The notes under the pieces are model-generated. The model made no database searches. It was not told the DNA's origin and saw only the letters and a list, made by a program, of their open reading frames with translations. A stretch of DNA of 64,000 bases. Source: Hyphomicrobiaceae bacterium. GTDB taxonomy: Bacteria > Pseudomonadota > Alphaproteobacteria > Rhizobiales > Hyphomicrobiaceae. Below, piece by piece: positions 45,973 through 56,185 of the stretch. The DNA is taken from positions 7,587 through 71,586 of the forward strand of contig JBPCVZ010000098.1 of NCBI GenBank assembly GCA_051010015.1. The letters are read 5' to 3'. Made by a program: the position numbers and the translations under genes. The first letter of the stretch is position 1; each line of letters opens with the position of its first letter.

Positions 45973-46740
45973 TCAACCCTCATCACGCCACTTGCCGTGT
46001 TGGGCACGAGCTTCCTGCGTCATTCCCAGTGCCATGAAGCGATAGGCATCGACCCAGGCTGCATCATCAAGGTTCGGAATATCCAATCCCCGATTAAGTG
46101 ACTCCTTGGTCAGGCAGGCTGCCATAGGAGGCAGTTCGGCGATGTGTGCAGCGACCTCACGCGAGGTCCGCATCAGGTCGTCATGAGGAACCAGCCACTG
46201 GGCGAGTCCGATGCGGTAAGCCTCCATCGCTGACAAAGGGAATCCCATTGCCAGTTTCATCGCGTGTCCTTTGCCAATCCAGCGAGCTAGGCGAACGGAC
46301 CCACCGTAGGCAGGCAAGATTCCGAGCGCGGCCTGCGGCAAGCGCCACTCCGCTTTGTCCGAAGCGACGATCAAGTCGCAACAGTACGTAAGAATGCAGC
46401 CAACGCCGATCGCATAACCATTGACGGCCGCGATCGTTGGTTTGGGAAATGCATCGAGCTTTCGCACGACGAAATTCCGCCACTTGGGCAGTTCTTCGAA
46501 GAAGTCTTCGATGTCGTTGATCGTGTGTGTATTCGGGTCCTTGAGGTCGGCGCCTGCCGAAAATGCTCTGCCCTGTTCGTCCCCAGTAATGATGACAGCG
46601 CGCACTGACTTCTCTGTTGTTAGGCGCTCCAACTCGGTTTCGAGACCATCGCTGAAATCCTTACCCCAGCAATTGCGCGAAGCGGGTCGGCTCAGCGTGA
46701 GAATGGCGATACCATCATATTGCTCAACTAGTACGGGCAT
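45973..46740 (-). CDS. Enoyl-CoA hydratase/isomerase (crotonase) family protein
   Basis: 255 aa. VAILTLSRPASRNCW, AFSAGADLKD and AAVNGYAIGVGCIL are crotonase-fold motifs. RBS AAGGA. Confidence 0.9.
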   Translation of the reverse strand: MPVLVEQYDGIAILTLSRPASRNCWGKDFSDGLETELERLTTEKSVRAVIITGDEQGRAFSAGADLKDPNTHTINDIEDFFEELPKWRNFVVRKLDAFPKPTIAAVNGYAIGVGCILTYCCDLIVASDKAEWRLPQAALGILPAYGGSVRLARWIGKGHAMKLAMGFPLSAMEAYRIGLAQWLVPHDDLMRTSREVAAHIAELPPMAACLTKESLNRGLDIPNLDDAAWVDAYRFMALGMTQEARAQHGKWRDEG

Positions 46741-46913
46741 GGTCGAAGTCCTTTATACGATTATCCGAGTTTTTTGTGTTCACGGTTGGCCGAAGGCTCG
46801 CTGCGGCGTGCCTCAGCCCGGTTCCCGTGAGGACGGCCGGTCGCTGCATCGAAACTCACCGGAAAACACAATCGAACGGCGCGACGGCCATCCGATGTCG
46901 CTCGGCCAGCATT

Positions 46914-48449
46914 CTAATCCGGTTGCGCTGGCGCAACATAAGGCAGGCGGGCGCGTGCCTTTGTATCAGCGGCGCCGGCATTTCGGATATATCTTTGATT
47001 GTCGTCTGCCCGTACGATGTTGACGTAGGTCGGATCACCGTTCGTGACGTCGTGAATCATCAAGCGGCGCTGCTGATCTGCCGCAATCTCGGTGAAATAG
47101 TAGTCGGGGTCCCACCCGTTCATTGCTGCTGCATGGAGGTCCGCCTCAATAACGGCATGGTCAGCGTCACCGCTCTTGTTGACGAGTTCCAACGGGTCGT
47201 CAGAGATATTGTAGAGCAATGTATCCTGGCCTTCGAGCCACATATACTTCCAGTGACCTTTCCGGACCATCCGACTTGGCCCTGTCGAACCATCAGCCGC
47301 AAACTCCGATATCACCACATCTGACAGGCCGCTGGAATCCCCGGCCAGCGCCGGAACCAGAGACTGACCGTCGATGTCGCCAAGATAGTTTCCAAAACTG
47401 GAGCCTTGTGCTGCATCGAGCAACGTTGGCATGACGTCGACGAGCGAAACGTTTTGACCAACACGCGACGCCTTCCAACGATCGGGGAAATGCACAACCA
47501 ATGGAATGCGCGCCGCCCACTCGAAGAAGTGCTGCTTGTACCACATCCCGCGCTCGCCCATCATTTCGCCGTGGTCAGCCGTGAATATGACAATAGTGTT
47601 GTCGGAAAGACCGGTTTTCTCAAGTGTGTCAACAAGAGCGCCGAGTTTTGCATCAATGTACGAGATCATGCCGTAGTAGGCGTGGCGCGCATTTCGGCGA
47701 TGATCGTCTGTAACCGTGAATAGATGTCGTGCCTGGCAGTAATGCAGGTTGCGGCTGAGGTGATCTTTCTCGCTCAGCGGAATTTCGGGCACGGATGGCA
47801 GCTCGATATCGTCGTGCCGGTACAAGTTCCAAAACTCGTTACTGATAACGAACGGAGAATGGGGTTGCGTGAAGGATACCGTCAGCATGAACGGACGGTC
47901 ATCGGGCGCACGTGCAAGGTCATAGAGGGCCTGCACGCCGTGGTAGGCAACCTCGTCGTCGTAATCCATTTGCATCGTGCGTATCGCCTGACCGGATTCT
48001 ATGATCGGCGCCATTGTCAGGTTCGTTGGTCGATATTCGCGCCCTTTTGACCAATCAACCGTCCAACCGAAATTGGCGGGATAGATCTCAGTTGTGTGTC
48101 GTTTCTCGTAGCCGTGCAATTGATCGGGACCGACAAAGTGCATCTTGCCAGACATCTCGACTCGGTACCCCATGCCTCGTAGATAGTGTGCGAACGTTGG
48201 GATGTCGGCGCCAAAAGCGCTCGCGTTGTCGTACATGCCAAAAGAGAACGGCAGGCGGCCGACGTGCAGTGATGCGCGCGACGGGGCACACATCGGCAAG
48301 TTGCAGTAGGCGTTCTCGAAAACGACGCCTTCGTTTGCCAGTCGCTCCAGGTTTGGCGCGATGACTTTGTTGTTGCCATAGATCGGCAGTGCCGGCGCTG
48401 CCAATTGATCAGCCATGACGAAAAGGATGTTTGGTTTTCTATCGGCCAT
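46914..48449 (-). CDS. betC: Choline-sulfatase (type I sulfatase family)
   Basis: KPNILFVMADQL..., and the formylglycine motif CAPSRASLHVGR (C-x-P-x-R). GKMHFVGPDQLHGYEKR and the ~510 aa length fit BetC. Confidence 0.75.
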   Translation of the reverse strand: MADRKPNILFVMADQLAAPALPIYGNNKVIAPNLERLANEGVVFENAYCNLPMCAPSRASLHVGRLPFSFGMYDNASAFGADIPTFAHYLRGMGYRVEMSGKMHFVGPDQLHGYEKRHTTEIYPANFGWTVDWSKGREYRPTNLTMAPIIESGQAIRTMQMDYDDEVAYHGVQALYDLARAPDDRPFMLTVSFTQPHSPFVISNEFWNLYRHDDIELPSVPEIPLSEKDHLSRNLHYCQARHLFTVTDDHRRNARHAYYGMISYIDAKLGALVDTLEKTGLSDNTIVIFTADHGEMMGERGMWYKQHFFEWAARIPLVVHFPDRWKASRVGQNVSLVDVMPTLLDAAQGSSFGNYLGDIDGQSLVPALAGDSSGLSDVVISEFAADGSTGPSRMVRKGHWKYMWLEGQDTLLYNISDDPLELVNKSGDADHAVIEADLHAAAMNGWDPDYYFTEIAADQQRRLMIHDVTNGDPTYVNIVRADDNQRYIRNAGAADTKARARLPYVAPAQPD

Positions 48450-48592
48450 GGATGAACACTTTCCTTGATTAACCCGTGCAAGCGCTAGACGGCTGGGTCA
48501 CCGAGCGCATGTGCCAGTTCTTTCATCAAATATACTCAGGCTCCAGCGCAAAAGTGGAGTCGAGCCAGCTGCTGAGGACGGGAACTGACGAG

Positions 48593-49981
48593 CTACGAGT
48601 TCAATCGGTCAACGGGCCGGTATGACGGAGTGCGTACGTGATGACTGGTCTCTAATTGAAAGGCATGGCCTAGGCGCATGGCCGCTGTCTCGTCAAACCA
48701 GGGAGCAGCGATTTGCATGCCAAGCGGCATTCCGTTGCCATCGAAGCCGCATGGCACGGAAAGGGCCGGCACCCCCGCAAACGACCAGCAGTAGGTAAAA
48801 CGTGTGATTTCGCGGATGGTATCAAACCATGCAGCGCCTTCTTGTCCCGCCTCTGCCTTGGGTGCGCCGAATGGAATCGTTGGCGAGAGGATCGCATCGA
48901 CTTTGCCAAAGATGCCACGCAATCGTTGTTTGAAGCCTTCGTTCCAACGCAAAGCGGCAGCGTATTCGGACCCGGTCACCTCCTTGCCGAGCATTGCACG
49001 CGTATAGACATCGCGGCCGTAGTCATCTGGGCGTGCTTCAAGCTGCTCTTTGTGGACGTGATAGGCATCGGCGAGCAGCACCTTGAATGCCAGCAACTCA
49101 TGACTACGCTCTACATCGCCAAGGTCAATCTCGACGATCTCAACGCCCAACGAGCGAAATACCGCAACGGCTTCTTCCATGGCCGTGGCCGTCTCCGGCG
49201 CGAGATCGTCGAAAAACCATCGCCGCTGGATTCCGAGACGCATTCCGGAGACCGGTCGGTCCAGTTCGGCCATGACATTTGGTACCGGCACATCTTGCGA
49301 AATCGGATCTTCAGGGTCGTAACCGGCAATCACGGAAAAGATCCGAGCAACGTCTGATACGCGCTTCGCCATGGGGCCAAGAGTGTCGAACCAGGCTGAA
49401 ACCGGAATGGAACCGCGACAGGAAATCCGTCCAATGGTTGGCCTCAAGCCACTGACACCACAAAAGGCAGAAGGGAGCCGGACGGAGCCACCGGTATCCG
49501 AGCCGATCGAGCCAATGCACATTCCTGCCGCCAAGGAAGCGCCCGAACCGCCGCTCGAGCCGCCAGGAATGCGTGTATTGTCCCACGGATTGCGGACGGG
49601 TCCATAGTGAGTGCTCTGGCTGGTTGGGCCAAACACCCATTCATGGAGATTGGCCTTGCCAACAATGACAGCGCCGGCCTGCTTTAGCCGGTCAACGATG
49701 AAAGCGTCACGATTCGTCATGTTGTTCGCGAGGATCTTGGAGCCGGCCGTCGTAATCGTGCCGGCTATGTCGATATTGTCCTTGATCGACATTGTCATCC
49801 CGGCAAGTAGACCACACCAATCGCCCTTGCGTTGGTGTTCATCGATCCGTGCAGCCGACTCTTGAGCAGCATCCGAAAGCACCGTCAACATCGCCTTCGT
49901 CTCTGAGTTCCAAGTCTCGATGGCGGTGAGGCTGTCGCGCAGTGACGTGCCTGCGGTTTTTGGATCTGGTGACTGGGTCAA
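48593..49981 (-). CDS. Amidase signature (AS) family amidase
   Basis: KDNIDIAG... and GGSSGGSGASLAAG AS motif, with ...GSDTGGSVRLPSAFCG. Start tentatively TTG 49981 (GGAGA 6 nt upstream). The longest ORF starts at 50089. Confidence 0.85.
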   Translation of the reverse strand: MTQSPDPKTAGTSLRDSLTAIETWNSETKAMLTVLSDAAQESAARIDEHQRKGDWCGLLAGMTMSIKDNIDIAGTITTAGSKILANNMTNRDAFIVDRLKQAGAVIVGKANLHEWVFGPTSQSTHYGPVRNPWDNTRIPGGSSGGSGASLAAGMCIGSIGSDTGGSVRLPSAFCGVSGLRPTIGRISCRGSIPVSAWFDTLGPMAKRVSDVARIFSVIAGYDPEDPISQDVPVPNVMAELDRPVSGMRLGIQRRWFFDDLAPETATAMEEAVAVFRSLGVEIVEIDLGDVERSHELLAFKVLLADAYHVHKEQLEARPDDYGRDVYTRAMLGKEVTGSEYAAALRWNEGFKQRLRGIFGKVDAILSPTIPFGAPKAEAGQEGAAWFDTIREITRFTYCWSFAGVPALSVPCGFDGNGMPLGMQIAAPWFDETAAMRLGHAFQLETSHHVRTPSYRPVDRLNS

Positions 49982-50208
49982 TACGCGTCTCCGGGAAGGT
50001 TGCCGTCGGGTTGGTCCGCTTATCTGCCTGAGCCCCGTCTGAGGGTTGGCCCAGCACAAATGATATTGCAGAATGACCTCTCCTCGCAATCAGACGTTTG
50101 CTATTGAAGTGGGCGAATCGATGCCGAGGGTATTCGGCAACCGAAACGACATCACATCGCATTTTTTGCCTGGGTGTTGTGACGGATTAGATCGTTGGAC
50201 AGAGCCTT

Positions 50209-50805
50209 ATGAGCATATCAGTCGCGAAAGACCCATTGGAGCTGTTCAAAGCCTGGTTCCAGGACGCTCAAGACAGCGAAGTCAATGATCCCAACGCCGT
50301 TACGGTCGCAACGGTTGATGAGGATGGTTTGCCGAACGTCCGTGTGGTTCTGCTGAAGGATTTCGACGCACAGGGGTTTGTCTTCTACACCAACCTGGAA
50401 AGCGCAAAAGGCCGCGAGATTGTGAGCGCAGGCAAGGCCGCGATGTGCTTTCACTGGAAGTCCCGCCAGCGACAGGTTCGCATTCGTGGCGCGATTGAAT
50501 TGGTCAGCGACGAGCAGGCGGATGAATACTTCAACTCGCGGCCCCGGCAAAGCCGGATTGGTGCTTGGGCCTCGCAGCAATCACGACCGATGAAAGGCCG
50601 TGGCGATCTGCTCCAAGCCGTCGCGAAATACGCGGTCAAATACGCAGTCGGGCGGATACCGCGTCCCAGTTACTGGTCGGGGGTCCGATTGAAGCCCGCG
50701 TCAATCGAATTCTGGCAAGCCGGTGAATTCCGGCTTCATCATCGCATCGAGTATTGCCGCAGTCCCGACGGGACCTCCTGGGAACAAAGGATGCTCTTCC
50801 CGTGA
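50209..50805 (+). CDS. pdxH: Pyridoxamine 5'-phosphate oxidase
   Basis: [59 protein letters not shown] and [17 protein letters not shown] match PdxH end to end. Confidence 0.9.
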   Translation: MSISVAKDPLELFKAWFQDAQDSEVNDPNAVTVATVDEDGLPNVRVVLLKDFDAQGFVFYTNLESAKGREIVSAGKAAMCFHWKSRQRQVRIRGAIELVSDEQADEYFNSRPRQSRIGAWASQQSRPMKGRGDLLQAVAKYAVKYAVGRIPRPSYWSGVRLKPASIEFWQAGEFRLHHRIEYCRSPDGTSWEQRMLFP

Positions 50806-50848
50806 GATTATTGCACGTCATTGATGCCAATGAACCCGTAACGCGTTT

Positions 50849-52153
50849 TCAGATCTCGCGGGCATCGTTCCATCTAAACTGGACGAGCCGAAGCGGCGCC
50901 AGGTGACGCAGGATGTTATGCCCGAGGAGTGGCTTCGGCTCAGACACCGGCAGTCCGAGTTCGGTGACGGGCACGCCTTGCAGCGCTTTCGCGAACTCAC
51001 GGCCGAGCGCGACCGATAGTGCGACACCGCGGCCGTTACAGCCGGCCCACGCGTATCCGTTCGGACCCAATTGGTGAAAGCGCGGCATGAAATCCGTTGT
51101 CATGCCGACATAACCCTTCCAAACGTAGTCAAAACCAATGTCACCGATTGGCTCGAACATAAGCTTTAGCCGCGCGCCTATACGTGCCTTTATCCGGTCG
51201 ACTCCGTTCACGGGGATCATCAAGGCGCCGCCGGTAACGAGCCTGTTACGGGCATCGTATCGAGTAAAATGCAGATCGCCGTGGGTGTCCGATACAGCCT
51301 GACGACCGGGAATGATGTGGCGACGCAGATTGTCACCAAGCGGTTTGGTTGCCAGTTGCCAGGAAACGATCGGTACGACCTCGCGTGCGACCGCAGGTGC
51401 CAACGTTTTTGCGAACTCTCCTGTATAGGCATTCGTCGCGAGCATTAGACGACGTGCGGACACGCGCCCGTTCGGTGTTTCGATGAGCCAGCGTCCACTC
51501 TCCCCTTGCCCAGTGTACTTAAACGATCGAGCTGGTGTGTGGTCAAATATGCGCGCACCGGAATCGATCGCTGCGCGTGCGAGTTCGCGTGCAAGAGCCA
51601 GTGGATTGATGTGTCCGCCGGTCGAGTTGGTCCAGCCGCCGTGCCAGATATCAGAGCCTGTCAAGTCGCGAATTTGATTGCGTGATAGCAGTTCGACCGG
51701 CGCACCGTGCTTGGACCACTGCTTCACCCGTCGTTCGGCGACCTTCATGCGGCCTGGGGTGTGCACAGGCTGTATCCAACCGGACTGCTCTGCCTCCGCG
51801 TTAAGCTCAAACCGGCGCACAACATCAAACAGGTAGGCTGCGCTGTCACGCAACACCGCAACAAATCTCTCGCCGGCGGCGCCATGCTTGGCGACGATAT
51901 CGTCCGGCTCGGGCCGTGTAAGGGTCGGAATGACTTGCCCGTTATTGCGTCCTGATGCGCCCCATCCGGGCTCCGCGGCCTCAAGCACGGCAACGTCCAC
52001 ACCGTCTAGGGCGAGATGAAGGGCTGTCGACAGTCCCGTAAAGCCAGCGCCAATGACGACCGTGTCCGCGTCAAAGTCACCGTCGAGTGCGGTGAGTTTC
52101 GGTCCTGGCGGACTGACGGCAGCCCAGATCGAATTTGGAAGCCCTGGCGTCAT
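50849..52153 (-). CDS. FAD-dependent oxidoreductase (DAO family; PuuB/OrdL-like)
   Basis: DTVVIGAGFTGLSTALHLALDG dinucleotide fold. 434 aa. SIWAA...P.L.GD N-terminal pattern as in gamma-glutamylputrescine oxidase-like proteins. Confidence 0.8.
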   Translation of the reverse strand: MTPGLPNSIWAAVSPPGPKLTALDGDFDADTVVIGAGFTGLSTALHLALDGVDVAVLEAAEPGWGASGRNNGQVIPTLTRPEPDDIVAKHGAAGERFVAVLRDSAAYLFDVVRRFELNAEAEQSGWIQPVHTPGRMKVAERRVKQWSKHGAPVELLSRNQIRDLTGSDIWHGGWTNSTGGHINPLALARELARAAIDSGARIFDHTPARSFKYTGQGESGRWLIETPNGRVSARRLMLATNAYTGEFAKTLAPAVAREVVPIVSWQLATKPLGDNLRRHIIPGRQAVSDTHGDLHFTRYDARNRLVTGGALMIPVNGVDRIKARIGARLKLMFEPIGDIGFDYVWKGYVGMTTDFMPRFHQLGPNGYAWAGCNGRGVALSVALGREFAKALQGVPVTELGLPVSEPKPLLGHNILRHLAPLRLVQFRWNDAREI

Positions 52154-52381
52154 AATTTCCTCCTACTCGATTTTGCGGACTATAACAGTAATCGATGAGA
52201 CGACACCTCAATCCGTAGTTGGCTTGTTCGGGCGATATCAGCCGCTGACGTTGCACCGCCGCTGATAGTGCACCGGCGGGCAACTGGCAGAGGTGTCATT
52301 TTGACGAAGATCAATGAGTGCGCTCGCTCCAGCCTTAAGTCTGCGCGCGAATAGTGCCGCGGGCGCAATGTGCAGGATGTA

Positions 52382-53392
52382 ATGATGTCGCTGAGTAGAC
52401 CCTTGGCTATAGGCGCCCTAACTGTGCTGGCCGCATTGGCTTATCTTCTATTTGGTGGTGGTGACGACGATGCCATTCCGGACGGTATCGTTTATGGCAA
52501 CGGCCGGATCGAAGCGGTGCAAGTCGATATTTCAACCCGCATTGCTGGTCGCGTTCACCAAATTGCCGTGCAGGAAGGCGATCTTGTGCAACCCGGCGAT
52601 ACGGTTGCGTTGATCGATTGCGCACAATTGGAGGCTCAATTCCTGCGAGCACAGGCGGATATCGCAAGTGCCGAAAGCCAAGTGGCGTCAGCTGAGGCGG
52701 TCATTGCGCAAGCCAGCGCCCAATTGATACTTGCAGAACGAGAACTCGAGCGGGCCAAGCGTCTCGTTGGCCAAGGCCATACCAGCCAGGAGACATACGA
52801 TACGCGGGTCAATGGACGTGACGTTGCAAAAGCCAATCTGGCGGCCGCCAAGGCCACGCTTGTTTCGCGCGAACGCATCGTTGATGCATCGCGCGCCGCT
52901 GCCAAGGAAATCAAAACGCAGATTGACGATTGCACGCTCAAGTCGCCGGCGATGGGGCGGGTCCTCTATCGTCTTTCTGAGCCAGGTGAGGTGCTTGGCA
53001 GTGGCGGAAGAGTCCTAACGCTCGTCAATCTTGGCGACGTATACATGGAGTTTTTCTTGGCGGCGGCGCAGGCGCACCGAGTGAGTATAGGTGCTGAAGC
53101 GCGTATCAAGCTCGACATCCTTGATTTTGCAATACCTGCGAAAGTCAGCTTCGTTTCTCCAAAGTCACAGTTCACGCCAAAACAGGTCGAGACCCCGAGT
53201 GAGCGGGACAAGCTCATGTTCCGAGTCAAAGTCCGGGTGCCACCGAATCTGGTCACCAAACACATCGATAGGGTGAAGACTGGGGTCCGTGGCGTCGCTT
53301 ATATTCGCCTTGGAGACGAGGCAGCACCAGAGTGGCCGGAGTTTCTCAAGAGATTGCCGCCTGAAGCACCATCCGCGACAAGTAAAAAGTGA
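52382..53392 (+). CDS. HlyD-family membrane fusion protein (YhiI/YbhG-like)
   Basis: N-terminal TM segment, then GNGRIEAVQVDISTRIAGRV..V.EGD.V..G, a coiled-coil (AQADIASAESQVASAEAVIAQA...) and CTLKSPAMGRV. Stop overlaps the next ORF (GTGA). Start 52370, 52382 or 52385. Confidence 0.85.
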   Translation: MMSLSRPLAIGALTVLAALAYLLFGGGDDDAIPDGIVYGNGRIEAVQVDISTRIAGRVHQIAVQEGDLVQPGDTVALIDCAQLEAQFLRAQADIASAESQVASAEAVIAQASAQLILAERELERAKRLVGQGHTSQETYDTRVNGRDVAKANLAAAKATLVSRERIVDASRAAAKEIKTQIDDCTLKSPAMGRVLYRLSEPGEVLGSGGRVLTLVNLGDVYMEFFLAAAQAHRVSIGAEARIKLDILDFAIPAKVSFVSPKSQFTPKQVETPSERDKLMFRVKVRVPPNLVTKHIDRVKTGVRGVAYIRLGDEAAPEWPEFLKRLPPEAPSATSKK

Positions 53393-53406
53393 CCGGAGAG
53401 TTCGGC

Positions 53407-56181
53407 ATGAACGGCACTGAGCAGCCCGTCGCGGAATTGGTGGGTGTAAGCCATCGTTACAAGACGACGTCGGCCCTGGAAAACATTTCCATTGATATTC
53501 CGCCTGCGTGCATGGTTGGGCTGCTTGGACCGGACGGCGTTGGCAAGTCAACGCTGCTGGGACTGGCAGCAGGTGTGCGAAAGATCCAGCAGGGTCGGAT
53601 CAAAGTTCTCGGTGGCGACATGGCCGATTACAGGCACCGTAGCGCTGTCGGGCCCCGGATTGCTTACATGCCCCAAGGGCTCGGCAAGAACCTCTATCAA
53701 GAGTTGAGCATTGCCGAGAACCTCGACTTTTTCGGCAAGCTCTACGGCCAAAGTCTCGGCGACAGGCGCGCACGGATCGAGAGGTTAACCGCTGCAACGG
53801 GTCTCAGGCCGTTCCTGGGTCGGCCAGCCGGTAAGCTCTCAGGCGGCATGAAGCAAAAGCTCGGCCTTTGCTGCGCACTGATCCATGATCCGGATTTTCT
53901 TATTCTCGATGAGCCGACGACAGGCGTTGATCCGCTGGCTCGGAGGCAATTCTGGGAACTAATCGCTTCCATCAGAGATGAACGTCCGGACATGAGCGTA
54001 CTCGTGTCGACGGCCTACATGGATGAGGCAGAGGCGTTTGACCGGCTCGTCGCGATGAATGCCGGTCGGATATTGGGTACAGACAGCCCTGCCGCCCTGA
54101 AGCAGAAGACAGGCGCGGACAGTCTCGAGGAAGCATTCATTCGTTTGCTACCGGGTGAGGAAAACCGGCGAAGGACAGTCATTGCACCGCAACCGAAAGA
54201 AGATGCACCCGCATCCCAGGCGATCGTGGCGCGGAACCTCACACGCCGGTTCGGAGACTTCACCGCGGTTGATCGCGTTAGCTTCGAGATTCAGGAAGGC
54301 GAGATCTTTGGTTTCCTGGGGTCGAACGGCTGTGGCAAGACGACAACGATGAAAATGCTCACGGGGTTGCTACCGGCGAGTGAGGGGGACGCACATCTAT
54401 TTGGCAAGCCCGTTGATGCACACGATCTAGAAACACGCAAACGCGTTGGCTTCATGTCGCAGTCGTTCTCGCTCTACGGCGAACTAACGGTCGCCCAGAA
54501 CCTGGATTTGCACGCCCGTCTCTTCCACTTGCGAGCGAATAAGCGCGATGAACGAATACAGCAATTGGTTAAGTGGTTCGGCCTTGGTCCACACGTTGAT
54601 GCGCTTGCCGACGCGCTCCCTCTCGGCTTGCGGCAACGCCTGTCCTTGGCCGTAGCGATCCTGCACGAACCTGAGATGCTCATCCTCGATGAGCCAACGT
54701 CCGGCGTCGATCCCGTCGCGCGCGATGAGTTTTGGGGAATACTGATCGAACTCTCGCGCAGAGACAAAGTGACAATCTTCATTTCAACGCATTTCATGAA
54801 CGAAGCGCTGCGTTGCGATCGAATCTCGTTGATGCATGCCGGCAAGGTACTGGTTTGTGATACGCCACAGAAGATCATTGACGAACGAAACGTAGAAACG
54901 CTCGAGGAGGCATTCGTTGCCTACATTGAGGACGCAATTGACGAGCCTGACGTCGCAGAAGCTGTCAGTAGAGAGCCTGCATTGCGGCCTGGATCAATCG
55001 TTCCGTCTCGTTCATCATTTGATGAAGGTCGATCCCAGCATTACGAACGTTTGGGCTTCAACCCATGGCGGGCGCTTGCTTACAGTTATCGTGAAATGAC
55101 CGAGGTGCTGCGAGATCCAGTACGTCTAGGATTCGCATTCATTGGTAGTACCATTCTTTTGTTCATATTCAGTTACGGCATCACAACAGATGTCAACCAG
55201 GTCAAATTCGCTGTCTTCGATCAGGATCGAAGTCCGGAGAGTCGAGCCTATCTCAGCCCGTTTCGCGGCTCGCGTTACTTTGAAGAGACGCCGGAGATCG
55301 CATCGAAGGAAGATATGGAACAGCGATTCAAGGCACACGGCCTTGCGGTAGCGGTTCTGGTGCCACCACAGTTCGGACGTGATCTAAGGCGCGGCGCCAG
55401 GCCGGAGGTCTCGGTTTGGATCGACGGCGCCAACACAATGCGTGCCTCGACCATCGCAGGCTACGTTACCGGCACGCATGCCCTATATCTGGAGGCGCGC
55501 AATGAACTGACAGGGCAGGCGGCGCAATCTTCTCCACCGGCGGAAATCGAAATGCGTTATCGTTACAACCCTAGTTTCGAAAGCATATTCGCAATAGGTC
55601 CGTCTGTCCCAGCGATGCTGCTCATTCTTTTTCCCGCAATTCTAATGGCCGTCAGCGTGACTCGTGAAAAGGAGATCGGGACGATCACGAACTTTTACGT
55701 AACGCCTACGCGGCGGCTGGAGTTCTTGATGGGCAAGCAACTTCCCTATATCGGAATTGCGATGCTGAATTATCTGATCATGACCTTCATTGTGATCACG
55801 CTATTCGGTGTCCCGCTAAAGGGTAGCTTCATTGCTTTAACACTCGGCGCGCTTGCCTACTCCGCGGCTACTACGGCTTATGGATTGGTGATTGCCACCG
55901 TAACGTCGAGCCAGGTGGCCGCAGTCTTTGCCACTGCGATTTTGTCGCTCATGCCAACATTCCAGTTTTCCGGATTTCTACAACCAGTGTCGGCGCTGGA
56001 GGGCGGAGCACGGGTGATTGGAAATCTGTGGCCGGCAACGTACTACATGCACATGAGCGTGGGTGCCTTCACAAAGGGACTAGGATTCATCGAATTGCTT
56101 CCCGATCTGATTGCTCTTTGTGCCTTCGTTCCCATTTTCTTGGCTGTTTCGGCATTCGGTCTCAGAAAGCAGGAACGGTGA
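53407..56181 (+). CDS. RbbA/YhiH-type ABC transporter: two ATPase domains fused to an ABC-2 permease
   Basis: Two Walker A (GPDGVGKST, GSNGCGKTT), two signature motifs (LSGGMKQKL, LPLGLRQRL) and two Walker B (LILDEPT twice). The C-terminal ~370 aa are a polytopic ABC-2 domain. ATG 53407 is preceded by GGAGAG. Confidence 0.85.
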   Translation: MNGTEQPVAELVGVSHRYKTTSALENISIDIPPACMVGLLGPDGVGKSTLLGLAAGVRKIQQGRIKVLGGDMADYRHRSAVGPRIAYMPQGLGKNLYQELSIAENLDFFGKLYGQSLGDRRARIERLTAATGLRPFLGRPAGKLSGGMKQKLGLCCALIHDPDFLILDEPTTGVDPLARRQFWELIASIRDERPDMSVLVSTAYMDEAEAFDRLVAMNAGRILGTDSPAALKQKTGADSLEEAFIRLLPGEENRRRTVIAPQPKEDAPASQAIVARNLTRRFGDFTAVDRVSFEIQEGEIFGFLGSNGCGKTTTMKMLTGLLPASEGDAHLFGKPVDAHDLETRKRVGFMSQSFSLYGELTVAQNLDLHARLFHLRANKRDERIQQLVKWFGLGPHVDALADALPLGLRQRLSLAVAILHEPEMLILDEPTSGVDPVARDEFWGILIELSRRDKVTIFISTHFMNEALRCDRISLMHAGKVLVCDTPQKIIDERNVETLEEAFVAYIEDAIDEPDVAEAVSREPALRPGSIVPSRSSFDEGRSQHYERLGFNPWRALAYSYREMTEVLRDPVRLGFAFIGSTILLFIFSYGITTDVNQVKFAVFDQDRSPESRAYLSPFRGSRYFEETPEIASKEDMEQRFKAHGLAVAVLVPPQFGRDLRRGARPEVSVWIDGANTMRASTIAGYVTGTHALYLEARNELTGQAAQSSPPAEIEMRYRYNPSFESIFAIGPSVPAMLLILFPAILMAVSVTREKEIGTITNFYVTPTRRLEFLMGKQLPYIGIAMLNYLIMTFIVITLFGVPLKGSFIALTLGALAYSAATTAYGLVIATVTSSQVAAVFATAILSLMPTFQFSGFLQPVSALEGGARVIGNLWPATYYMHMSVGAFTKGLGFIELLPDLIALCAFVPIFLAVSAFGLRKQER

Positions 56182-56185
56182 TGCG

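Noticed and set aside
52230-52275. TATCAGC...GCTGATA inverted repeat and repeated GCCGCTGA in the region upstream of the HlyD gene, considered as an operator.
   Set aside because: Only 7 bp match, with a mismatch beyond, and the spacer is long. This is within chance expectation for a 200-bp GC-rich region.
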